Assembly: GCA_951406725.2 (NCBI GenBank)
Contig: OX597822.1
Coordinates: 77,624,001 to 77,688,000 of the forward strand
Reading direction: 5' to 3'
Length of the DNA stretch: 64,000 nucleotides
Origin: Octopus vulgaris
Lineage: Eukaryota
The notes beneath the pieces were generated by a model. That model saw only the letters and a program-made list of their open reading frames with translations, had not been told where the DNA came from and did not search any database. Both the position numbers and the translations under genes were made by a program. This document shows, in pieces, positions 26,598 through 39,338 of the stretch (position 1 is its first letter; each line of letters begins with the position of its first letter).

Positions 26598-29500
26598 GGT
26601 GCACCCGCCCTCCCACCCCCACCACGCATGCCGGAAGTTCCTATTCTCTTCCATTCCGGGGTTGCTTCCCATGAAGACTGCAAATGCTCTCACCATCCCT
26701 ACCCCTCCCTACCCCTAGTCTCGACCTATGTAAGGTAATGTTCATACAGTGCAAAATATGAAAGGCTAGCGTTATGCAGGTTGTACTGAAGGCTACTTTA
26801 CTACTTCATTTTTTGCACATGAATTCTGCCAAATGCGAGCTTTCTTTTCAGGTACACGAAGCTACTGTCCACCGTCCCAGGGTCTCTAGAGCCCATGCCT
26901 TCCACACCCTCAGGGTTGGCACTCTGAAAGGTAGGTCTGGTGAGATAGTCGAGATGCTTGAACGGAGATGTGTGGATATATGTTGCATGCAAGAAATAAG
27001 GTGGAGAGGAGGATCAGCTAGGTTCCTCACAGGCAAGGAACGCAGGTACAAGATTTTCTGGGCAGGGAATACTGACGGGGTTGGTGGCGTGGGTATACTT
27101 ATCGCTGAGAAATGGGTAGATAAAGTAATTGAGGTAATCAGAGTAAGTGACAGAATACTTAAGATTAGATTAGTGCTTCATCATAGTTTAGCAACCATTA
27201 TATCAGCCTATGCTCCTCAGTCGGGGCTACCCGATGGACAGAAAGACCGATTCTATGACACTCTACTGCAGACTACCTCATTGACGAACGACAGAGACCT
27301 TATCTTTGTGGCTGGTGACTTCAATGGTCACGTTGGACGACATGCTGGGGGCTTCCATGGCGTACATGGAGGCTACGGCTATGGCTCCCGCAACGAGGAG
27401 GGAACCAGGCTGCTGGAGTTCTGCGATGCAAATAATCTTATGATTTGCAACACTAACTTCAGGAAACCTACCAGCCACCTAGTCACTTACCAATCGGGCC
27501 AACATACCAGCCAAATTGACTACATCCTTACAAGGCAAAGGGAGAGATGGCTGCTTATAAATGCCAAAACCTTCCCAGGTGAAGAATGTACCCCACAACA
27601 TAGACTGGTAGTTAGTGACTTTAGGATCAGGACTAGGAGGACAACCAGAAGACGACAAATATGGAGAAGAAGGATCTGGAAGCTTAAAGATCCTGCAAAT
27701 GGACAGAGATTTAGGGACATATTACTTGAAGCCTCTGACGAAGTAGAAGGGGATAGAGCATCACAGGGGGTAGAAGACAGCTGGACGTTTCTAAGGGACA
27801 ACCTGCTGAGAGCCACTGACCAGATCTGTGGCTGGTGCAAAGTCCCCTCTCGACCTAGAATAACGTGGTGGTGGAACAATATTGTAGACAGGGCTATTAG
27901 AGAAAAGAGACAGGCTTGGAAGGTCTGGAAAAATGGGGGTAGCAGGGAATTGTATCAGACTGCCAAAAGAGAAGCTAGGAGACAGGTTTATTTAGCCAGA
28001 GGGGAAGCAGATAAGAAAAAATTTGCCAATGTTCTGCGCCGTGAGGACCAAAGACTGGAGGTGTTTCGTGTTGCAAGACAGTGTGTGAGAGAGAATCGTG
28101 ATGTGGTAGGAGAGAAGTGTGTTCGCATGGAAGATGGTTCACTTGCGCTAAATGAGGATGCAAAGAGAGAGGTTTGGAGATGCCACTATGAAAGGTTGCT
28201 GAATGAAGAAAATGAATGGGATAAAGAGAGTCTGCCGAATGTTGACCCAACAGAGGGACCAGCTATCCGAGTTGATAGTTCTGTGGTAGCTAAGGCAATT
28301 AGAAGCATGAAGACAGGGAAAGCCCCAGGCCCATCAGGAATCACTGCAGAGATGCTCAAAATGTCTGGTAGTGTCGGCTATAGCCTAGTCACCCATATAG
28401 TTAATCAGGTGATACACAAAGGGGTCATACCCAATGACTGGTGTAGCAGTATAATAGTCAACTGCTACAAAGGTAAAGGTGATGCCCTAGATACAAACAA
28501 CTACAGAGGTATCAAGCTGTTGGACCAGGTGATGAAGGTTACGGAGAGGGTCATAGCCCAACTAATTAGAGAGAGAGTTAGTTTAGATGAGATGCAGTTT
28601 GGGTTTGTGCCAGGGAAAAGTACTACTGATGCTATATTCCTGGTAAGGCAGCTGCAGGAGAAATACCTAGCCAAAGATAAGCCCCTGTACCTGGCTTTTG
28701 TTGACATGGAGAAAGCCTTCGACAGGGTCCCCGATCCCTTATCTGGTGGGCAATGAGAAAACTAGGGATAGATGAATGGTTAGTGAGAGCTGTGCGGGCC
28801 ATGTATAGGGACGCCGCTAGTAGGGTGAGGGTTGGAAATGAGTACAGTGAAGAATTCCGGGTAGAGGTAGGGGTCCACCAAGGCTCAGTACTCAGCCCCC
28901 TCCTATTTATCATAGTCCTCCAGGCAATAACGGAGGAATTCAAGACAGGATGCCCTTGGGAGCTCCTCTATGCTGATGACCTTGCTCTAATTGCTGAGTC
29001 GCTATCAGAACTGGAGGAGAAGTTTCAGGTGTGGAAACAAGGATTAGAATCGAAGGGCCTCAGAGTCAATCTAGCTAAAACCAAAGTCGTAATCAGTAGG
29101 AAGGTAGACAAATCACAAACACCTTCAGGTAGATGGCCCTGCTCGATCTGTAGAAAAGGTGTAGGTAGAAACTCTATAAGATGCACCAAGTGTAAGCTAT
29201 GGACACATAAGAGATGCAGCAATGTCAAAGGAAGGCTAACTAGGAAGATGGTTTTTGTATGTGGCAGATGCTCAGGAACAATAAACACTGAAAATGCTCT
29301 GAGACCAACTTCTGTCACTTTCCAGGGAGAAAAACTAGAAATAGTTGATAGTTTCCGTTACCTAGGTGACCAAGTCAGCAGCGGGGGCGGGTGTGCTGAA
29401 AGTGTAACTGCTAGAGTAAGAATAGCTTGGGCAAAGTTCAGAGAGCTCTTACCTCTGCTGGTGACAAAAGGCCTCTCGCACAGAGTGAAAGGCAGACTGT

Positions 29501-30537
29501 ATGATGCGTGTGTACGAACAGCCATGCTACATGGCAGTGAAACATGGGCCGTGACTGCTGAGGATATGCGTAAGCTCGCTAGAAATGAAGCCAGTATGCT
29601 CCGATGGATGTGTAATGCCAGTACTCACACTCGGCAGAGTGTAAGTACCTTGAGAGAAAAGCTGGACCTAAGAAGCATCAGTTGTGGTGTGCAAGAGAGA
29701 CGTTTGCGCTGGTATGGTCATGTGGCGAGAATGGATGAAGATAGTTGTGTGAAAAAGTGCCACACCCTAGCGGTTGAGGGAACCTGTGGAAGAGGCAGAC
29801 CCAGGAAAACCTGGGACGAGGTGGTGAAGCACGACCTTCGAACTTTAGGTCTCACCGAGGAAATGACTAGAGACCGAGACCTCTGGAAGTGTGCTGTGCG
29901 CGAGAAGACCCGGCAGGACAAGTGAGTCCACAACCCGTGGCCTTCTACATGGGATGGAGCCAGCCTACGTATGCATACCTTCCCTTCTTGGGACACAAAA
30001 CTCTACTTGTGAAGACGTGTTGAGGCAAGTGAGGATCAGAATCGAAATCGATCAATGGAAATTGCGGATGTGCTACCAGTGCCGGTGGCATGTCGAAACT
30101 CTGCTTGTGAAGACCCATTGAGGCAAGTGAGGATCAGAATCGAAATCGATCAATGGAAATCGATCAATGGAAATTGCAGATGTGTTACCAGTGCCGGTGG
30201 CATGTAAGAGAACCTTCCGTTTCGCGACCGTTGCCAGCACCGCCCCGTTTCGTGTTCGTTGCCAGCCTCGCCTGGCCCTCGTGCCGGTGGCACATAAAAA
30301 ACACCATCCGTTCGTGGCCGTTTGCCAGCTCTGGCTGGCACCAGTGCGGGTGGCACGTAAAAAGCACCCACTACACTCACGGAGTGGTTGGCGTTAGGAA
30401 GGGCATCCAGCCGTAGAAACACTGCCAGATTTGACTGGGCCTGATGAAGCCTTCTGGCTTCACAGACCCCAGCAGAACCGTCCAACCCATGCTAGCATGG
30501 AAAACGGACGCTAAATGATGATGATGATGATGATGAT
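26598..30537 (+). mobile_element. RTE-clade LINE, near full length, ending in (TGA)n
   Basis: Single APE-RT polyprotein; 3' UTR ends CCGTCCAACCCATGCTAGCATGGAAAACGGACGCTAAA(TGA)n, a tail shared with many truncated copies in the window. Confidence 0.92.
26774..29925 (+). CDS. RTE polyprotein (APE + RT + internal PHD-type finger); one frameshift at ~28730
   Basis: MQEIRW, SAYAPQ, AGDFNGH, SQIDY, PQHRLV, KAPGPSG, NYRGIKLL, DMEKAFD, HQGSVLSP, LYADD, FRYLG, RLRWYGHV, RGRPRKTW; ORFs 26774-28756 and 28753-29925. Confidence 0.93.
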
Positions 30538-30564
30538 ATATATATATATATATATGTCACGGTG

Positions 30565-30600
<36 letters not shown>

Positions 30601-30769
30601 ATAATGGTAAAATATTTTTTTACTTCACCCATTTAATACAATAAGTTTATTGCAATGCAACTAAAAACACTTGTGTATTAATAATTGGGTATTATACCAA
30701 CAGTATATTGGATAAGTATTATCCCTTGGTGGGTTGGATCCACAACCCCTAACTTACTTGGTGGTATAC

Positions 30770-31510
<741 letters not shown>

Positions 31511-31849
31511 AAGTATGTGTGTGTGTCTTTGTGTCTGTGTATGGTTCCCACCACCACTTGATAACCAGTGTTGGTGTGTTTATGTCCCTGTAACTCAACA
31601 GTTCAGGAATTGAGATTGATGGAATAAGTACAAGGGTTATTTTAAAAGATGTACTGGGGTAGATTTATTCAACTAAGAATTTTTCGAGGCAGTGCCCCTG
31701 CATGACCACAGTCTAATAACTGAAACAGATAAAAGATTAAAAAATAGGTGATGGTTGGTGACAGGAAGAGCATCCAGCTGTATATCAAGTCACCAGCAAA
31801 TTCCATTTAGATCATACGATCATGGAAAAATGAACAGTAAAATTATTAC

Positions 31850-32070
31850 AATGATGATAATAATGACAGTGATGATGACAATACTGATGACAATGGTGAT
31901 GACGATGACAAGTGCGATGGCAATGAAAATAATGATGGCAATGACAACATCATTGGTGATGGCGATCCTGACAACAATGATGATGGCGATGACAATGACG
32001 ATGATGGTGATGGTGATGATGATGATCATGATGATGGTGGTGGTGGCAGTGGCGGCGGCGGTGACAACGA
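31850..32070. repeat. Degenerate (ATG)n/(GTG)n trinucleotide repeat
   Basis: Direct inspection. Confidence 0.85.
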
Positions 32071-33358
32071 CGATAGATTATGGGAGATCTTAAATAAGCC
32101 AGAAATTCTCATGCTATTGGAACTGGCAATCTGCTTTTGTGACAACAATTCTTGAAATGCCATAATCGCTTAGCATTTCTTTCTGTATTGAACTGTCTTG
32201 TGTTTAAAAAAAAAAACCAGCACAATATGTCCGTTTCTCTTCAGTGGCAGAATTTAAAATCTGCTTCTGTGAATAGTTCTCTGTTTGCTCTTATGTTATG
32301 AAATTGTCTCTTTCTGAAATTTCTCATGTCTTCTGCATCAAACGATTCTTCTTCTGTAACGTTCTCCTCTCATTTGGTCTTCTAATGAATTCATCAGGTT
32401 CTTTCTCCTCACCTGTCTGCTTTAAGTTCATTTTTTTTTCTGTTGTTTCTATAGTTAAATGTGAAGGTGCCTGCCTGAGTGGTTAAAGCATCGGGCTAAC
32501 AATCATGAGGTAGTGAGTTTGATTCCCGGACTGGGCTGTGTGTTGTGTTCTTGAGCAAGACACTCTGTTTCATGTTGGATAACATCGGTGGTGTTGAGAG
32601 GGGAGGCTGGTATGCATGTACAGCTGATGGTCTTCTATAAACAACCTTACTCAGATTTGTGCCTTGGAGGGAACTTTCTAGGTGCAATCCCATGGTTATT
32701 CATGACCAAAGGGGATCTTTACTCATTACCCTATGTACATATAGTGGTGTGCAGAGGGAAGGCTGGTTTCCATGGGAGACTGCTGGTCTTCCATAAACAA
32801 CCTTGCCTATTCATGACCGAAGGGGATCTTTACCCTATAGTTGCCATAAAGTTGGTTTAGGGTACTCATCTTTAGTCTTTGGTATTCAAAAATGCTTTTG
32901 TGTCCTTTATTTTATATTTTTTATACTTATGGCCATGCTGGGGCATCATCTTGAAGGGTTTTTACTTCAACAAATTGACCCATTACTTATGCTTTTATAA
33001 GTCAGGTACTTATTCTGCTCTCTTTTGCAGAACTACTAATTTACTAGGATGTAAACAAACCAACACCAGTTGTCAGGTGGAGGTAGCAGGGTAACACACA
33101 CAGACACACACACCCAATCGTGTGTGTGTGTGTGCGCGTGTGTGTGAGTGTATGGAGGCGTATTTCTTGAGCAAAACACTTCATTTCATGTTGCTTCAGT
33201 GTGCTCAGTTGTCAAAAATGAGTCATCTTGCAATAGTCTGCCTTCCCATCCTGGGACCGGGAAGGAACATACACACCATCGCATTTGGAAAAGCAGTTTA
33301 AAGGTTCAGAAAGTCCTTATTATATATATTATATACACACACATACACACTCATATAA

Positions 33359-33404
<46 letters not shown>

Positions 33405-33409
<5 letters not shown>

Positions 33410-33600
33410 ATCCAAACAAGAAAGCACAAAAAAACAAATAACGTGAGGACGTGGAACAAATATAGTATTATTGGATGCTAAGGAAAGAAGGAGGGTTTAA
33501 CGTTTCGAGCGGAGCTCTTCGTCGGAAACATAGAAAGAAAGATCCAGAGAAGGGAAGACAGGAAAAAAAATCGCCAACGGTACACATGAGGTCACATTTG
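33405..33600 (-). repeat. Short dispersed repeat with minimal hammerhead-like motif (second copy ~50260-50470)
   Basis: Minus strand reads GTTT-CCGACGA-AGAGC(TCC)GCTC-GAAACGTT-AAAC; the copy near 50380 has core CTGAAGA. Confidence 0.6.
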
Positions 33601-33614
33601 TATATATATATATA

Positions 33615-35090
33615 TATGGGTTTGTTATATAGGTTTGGGGATGTATGTGTTAATTTGTCTGTGTGGGAGGGAGTGGGTTTTTGGTGTATATTGAGGTTTA
33701 TAAGTTAGTATAGGTATGTGTGAGTGAGGTGGGTATTTGTATAAGTCGTGGGTCTGTGGTTTACGTGTGTGTATTTGTGTGTGAATGTTTAGGTTAGGGG
33801 GATTGCTATATAGGTTTGTTATAGAGTTTAGCAAAGGGAGATTTTATCGTTATATGTTTATCATGGTTTTTTTAGGGAATTCGTGGTAATTTGTCTATTT
33901 ACGATGTTTGTTGTTTTATTACATTGTTTCATTCATAATTTTTGAGTGGTGTTCGTTTTGCCACGTGAATATTATTTTTAATTCCATTTATTCCATTTCT
34001 CCATTCATAATTTTAAAAGATGTTCGTTTCCAGAGCGGGAATACTTTTTATACATATGTTAAGTTCCTTGGTAATGTAATTTTGTTTGGTGTATATGTTG
34101 AGGCTTATATGTACTTGTGGGTGTGTGTGAGTGGGGTGGGTGTTTGTATTTGTTATGGGTGTGTGGTTTACGTGTGTGTATTTGTGTGTGAATGTATAGG
34201 TTAAAGGGATTGCTATATAAGTATGTTATAGGGTTTAGTAAAGGGAGGTTTTATCATTTATGTTTTTGTGAGTTTTAGTTTATCATGGTAGTTTTATAAA
34301 AGAATCCATTCATAATTTTTTTTAAATAATGTTGGTTTACCGCGTGTATATAATTTTTAATTCCATTTATTCTATTTCTCCATTCATAATTTTAAGTGAG
34401 GTTTGCTTCCATAGTGCGTATTCTTTTTATACATAAGTTATGTTCCTATGGTAACGTAATTTGGTTTGATGTTTTTAACGGATTAGAATTTAATTTCACT
34501 TCATAATTTGAAACTGACTTGAAAGTATGTATATTATTTCTCCTTATGTCATATTGTTATTTTTGATATTCTGGTTACTTACGATGTATTTTATATATCG
34601 TATTATGTGTAATAATGTTGTCTTTTTTGGAGTGTTTATGTATGTGGGATTGTGTGTGAGTGTGTGCGTATTTTGGTTGTGTAGTTTGTTTATCTGTATG
34701 AATGTGGGTGTGTTAATATTGTTGTATATGTCGAGTTTGGTGAGTATGTATATGTATATGGTGTGTGTTTTACGTATGTATATTTGTGTGTGAATGTGTT
34801 TATGGGTTTGCTATTTAGGTTTGGGGATAGTAAAGGGAGATTTTATCATTATATGTTTTTATGAGTTTTGGTTTATCATGGTAGTTTTGTTAGGGAATTC
34901 GTAGTAATTTGTGTCTATTTGCGATGTCTGTTGTTTTATTGCATTATTTCATTAATAATTTTTAAGTAGTGTTCGTTTTACCAAGTGAATATAATTTTTA
35001 ATTCCATTTATTCCATTTCTCCGTTCATAGTTTTAAGTGATGTCCATTTCTAGAGCGGGAATGTGGGTTGTATGTGTGTGTGAGGGAGTA
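33615..35090. repeat. Degenerate G/T-skewed tandem repeat, 3-4 related blocks
   Basis: TTTTTAATTCCATTTATTCCATTTCTCC.TTCATA at ~33975, 34355 and 34995; AAAGGGAG.TTTTATC.TT at ~33833, 34240 and 34832. Confidence 0.7.
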
Positions 35091-35463
35091 TGAATAAGTA
35101 TTGTGTTGAAGTATTTAGCTATTTTATTTATTTATCGTTGCCTAGACATTTTTATGTGTATGTATAGGGATATATATATATAGGTGTGTGATTTAGTGTA
35201 TGTATTTAGATATGGTTATATATAATTAGTTATATGTGTATGGGTGTATATATAGTTTATTTTTTGTTTTGTTTTATATTTTATATTTTATATTTAATTG
35301 TTGATAGGTTTATTTTAGTTTATATATTGTTTATATATTGATTATATATGGATTATATATAGGTTATAAATGGATTATATATTTATATTTTTTCATTAAT
35401 ACTTTAATTATTTTAAAATTATTATTTTTATATTTTAAAATATTGATATTTTAGATTGGAAGT

Positions 35464-35506
35464 CCACCTGAAGATTGTCGATCAAGACAAGAAACAATTG
35501 TAGTGG
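35464..35506 (+). ncRNA. Type I hammerhead ribozyme motif (Penelope-type)
   Basis: CCAC-CTGAAGA-TTGTC(GATCAA)GACAA-GAAA-C(AATT)GTA-GTGG. All three stems pair; stem III is palindromic; predicted cleavage after GUA (35502). Confidence 0.8.
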
Positions 35507-35680
35507 CGGTTTTTTTTACTTTTTATTAAAATTGTATGTATTGATTAAGTCTTTCCTTGTTTGTTTTGCAAAATAGTGGTTTTGTCTCTAATAATATTAT
35601 ATAATATTTTACTATAAAATTGGATTTAATCCTAAATCTGATTTTTTTCCCTGTAAATTTGGATTTATTCCCTAATATTT

Positions 35681-35732
<52 letters not shown>

Positions 35733-36670
35733 TGTGTGTTTATTGGGGGCTGGTGGAATCGTTAGCACGCTAGATGGTATTTCACCCGTCATTATGTCCT
35801 GAGTTCAAATTCCACTGAGGTCAACTTTGCCTTTTATCCTTTCAGGGTCAATAAATTAAATACCAGTGAAACACTGGGATTGATGTAATCGACTAGCCTC
35901 CTCACGCCAAATGTCAGGTCTTGTGCCTATATCATCATCATCATCGTTTAACGTCTGTTTTCCATGCTGGCATGGCTTCGGTGGTTAAACTAAGTTTTGG
36001 AAACCCAGTGGCTGCACCAGGCTCCAGTCTGATCTGGCAATGTTTCTACAGCTAGATGCCCTTCCTAATGCCAACTACTCCAAGAATGTAGTAGGTGCTT
36101 TTTACATGCCACCAGCAAGGTAGTCAGTCAGGGGGTACTGACATCGGCCACATTTGGATGGTGCTTTTTACGTGTCACCGGCAAGAAAGCCAGTCAAGGG
36201 GCACTGGCATCAGCCACATTCTGATGGTGCTTTTTATGTGCCACTGGCATCGGCCATGTTCGGATTGTGCTTTTTATGTGCTACCGGCCCAGAAACCAGT
36301 AAGGCAGCCCTACATACATGATAGGCTTCCACACAGTTTCCGTCTACTAAATTCCTTCACAAGGCATTAGCCCAACCCAAGGTACTGTACAGTGGAACTG
36401 AAACTGAAACTCATTGTTGCCAAACAAGCTTCCTAACCACATACGTATACCTACGCCTACATGTAAGTTCCAATGCACAAATCCTCACTCATGCCTGAAT
36501 GAGTCAATAGAACATATATTAATGTACAGACATTTATCAATACAGACACACATATATTAGGAACATATTGATTTAAAACTTTAAAAAGCAAATGAATCTT
36601 TGGGGATATTGTGGGTGAAATATTATGTTTTACTTGAGCCTGTGGAGATTTTTAGTTAAATATCTAGAAG

Positions 36671-36814
36671 TATTATTTACATTTGACGGATATTTGTCCT
36701 CATCTTGTTTGTTGTTATCCCAATGTTTCAGCTGATATACTCTCCAGCCTTCCTCAGGTGTTTTGGGAAAATTTTGAACCGGAATTCCCATTCCTAAGGT
36801 ATTTTTCAATGTTG

Positions 36815-36864
<50 letters not shown>

Positions 36865-36995
36865 ACCTTAAGAATGAGAACCAAGGTTTGACATTTCCCC
36901 AAGACACCTGATGAAGGTTGGAGGGTATATCAGCCAAAATGTTGTGTTAACAACGAACAAGATGAGAACAAATATCCATCAAATGTAAATAATGT
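36671..36995. mobile_element. Inverted-repeat element with central (TTA)n and minimal hammerhead-like motifs; a single arm also at ~9017-9120
   Basis: Arms ~36671-36790 and ~36880-36995; ACAC-CTGATGA-AGGYTG...CAGCY-(G/A)AAA-YGTT-GTGT. Confidence 0.75.
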
Positions 36996-38189
36996 ACATA
37001 ATTCCTCATCACTTAAATATAGAACAGTATCTAGAAGTATTCTTTTACTCTTTTATTGTTTTACATGCTCCAGTCATTTGACTGGATCCATGCTGGAGCA
37101 CTGCCTTAAAGGGTCATAGTCGAAAAAATCAAGCCCCAAGACTTATTCTAAGCCTAGTACTTACTCTATTGGTCTCTTTTTTCAAGTTGCTAAGTTATGG
37201 GGATGTAAACACACCAACATCGGTTGTCAAGTGATGGTTGAGGGACAAACACAGATACACACATGTAAATATATATATATATACAAAAGTCGACCAACAC
37301 ATTGGAATGTAACTCCTTCTGGTAAATTCTTCCCTGATGAATTACCCAATTAAACTGTTCAAATCTGAAAATTTTAAATTAATTTGTTTTAATCTAATTT
37401 CTCTAATTGAATTAATTAGATGGAAATGTCTGTAGGGATAAGACTTTCATATTATATTGATTTGAATATCTTTGAATAAACTGGTGTCTATGTGTCAATT
37501 TCTCTATTTTCTTCTTTTTCTCATTCATAAATAATTTAAATACATCCATCAATACAAAACTAATGCATTTAGCTTTTCACTGAACACTGGGAAAAAGCAG
37601 AGAACTAGGATGTAAACATCCCTTAATGGATTATAGGTCCTTGGTAAGGCTTTGGTTGGCCTGAGGCTATACTAGAAGACACTTGCCCAACATGCAGACA
37701 CACAAACATACACACACACTTGCCCAACATGCAATGCAGTGGGACTGAACCCAGACCATGTGGTTGGCAAGCAAGCTTCTTACCATGTAGCCATGCCTAG
37801 TCGCCATACCTAGTCGCCATGATAGATCGTTAGCCACTACACACATTTATTTCTCTTCTTGTTTTTTCTGTGTCTCTTTCTGTCGAAGAGTGTAGGCTCG
37901 AAACGTAAAAGACTTTTTCAATTCCTGAGCAGTATACTAATACATCTGTTTGTTTTGTACACCACCTGTCTTCGTCTTTTGTTTGTTTCATAAACTCTCC
38001 CTCTTTATATATATATATAAAAGACAGGCTTCTTTCAGTTTCCGTCTACCAAATCCACTTAGCTGACAAGGCTTTGGTTGGTCTGAGGCTATAGTAGAAG
38101 ATGCTTGCCCAACGTACCACGCAGTGGATCACTGAACCCGGAACCATGTGGTTGGGAAGCAAGCTTCTTACCACACAGCCATGCCTGCG

Positions 38190-38231
<42 letters not shown>

Positions 38232-39037
38232 ACAGGCTTCTGTCAGTTTCCATCTACCAAATCCACTCACAAGGCTTTGGTTGGCCTGAGGCTATAGTAG
38301 AAGACACCTGCCCAACAGCCACGTAGTGGGACTGAACTTGGAACTTTTTGGTTGGGAAGCAATCTTAACACACAACCATGCCTGCACTTATAGTATGTTG
38401 AAAATATGAATGTATGCTGTTAAAAATATTACTTTAAATCCTGGGTTTGAATCACTCACTCTCACATTCCCTCTTCCTGTCTCTCCCTCCCCCTCCTCCT
38501 CTCTGTGTCTACTCTGACAATACAAATGCTCTCTGCTTCTTTCTCTCTTAATGTAACTGCCTCTCCTGTCCACCTCTCTCTATCTGCCTTTCTTTAACCT
38601 CACCACCAGAATATCACCCTCTGCTAAACATATCTCTTTCTCTTTACCTTTCCCTCTCCGCCCTACTTCTCTCACTCTCTTTCTCTCTCCCTCTTTTCTC
38701 TCACCATTTTTCTCTCGCTCCCCCTTCAACTAACCACATGACATATTTGGCCTTACTATACATCTTTCTCTACTTCTTCCTCACTTCTTTCTCTTCTCAC
38801 TCTCTCTCTCTCTCACTTTTACTCCACCTCTCTAACTAATTGAAGTGTAATGGGTGAATGAACAAGCAGATTATTATATAGATTAGTATGGAATATTTGT
38901 TAATTTTTCTTTTTCAACTCTCAAAAGAATGAGAATTGCGTGGTGTCTTTACTTCTATTTTCATCTTAGAACTTATTCATGTGTTGAATATAGAGAAGTT
39001 TGGATAGATCTGATGTAATCCCCCCCATATATATATG

Positions 39038-39078
<41 letters not shown>

Positions 39079-39163
39079 GTGTATATATATATATAAACAC
39101 ATGTATATATATATATATATATATATACATGTGTATATATATATATATATATATAAACACATG

Positions 39164-39196
<33 letters not shown>

Positions 39197-39269
39197 GTAT
39201 GTATGTATATATATATACATGTATATATATATATGTATGTATATATATATATACATGTATATATATATG

Positions 39270-39338
<69 letters not shown>

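Larger units (their letters stand above)
13218..26601 (+). repeat. Tandem array of ~612-bp monomers (~13 copies), interrupted by a Tx1-like LINE at 14280-19552
   Basis: Anchor CACTCGCTTC recurs at 13666, 14266/19555 (TSD), 20165, 20770, 21383, 21996, 22607, 23221, 23834, 24429, 25042, 25655 and 26267. Units are nearly identical, differing by homopolymer lengths, a few substitutions, one 8-bp indel and one 19-bp indel. Confidence 0.97.

Noticed and set aside
19553-26601. Arrays as CRISPR, snRNA/tRNA/5S gene clusters or retrozyme tandems
   Set aside because: There are no variable spacers or cas genes. CTCGCTTC resembles U6/U2 5' ends only over ~8 nt. I found no cloverleaf and no CUGANGA core on either strand of either monomer.
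31755-32093. Met/Thr-rich 112-aa ORF
   Set aside because: Degenerate (ATG)n microsatellite following an RTE-tail remnant.
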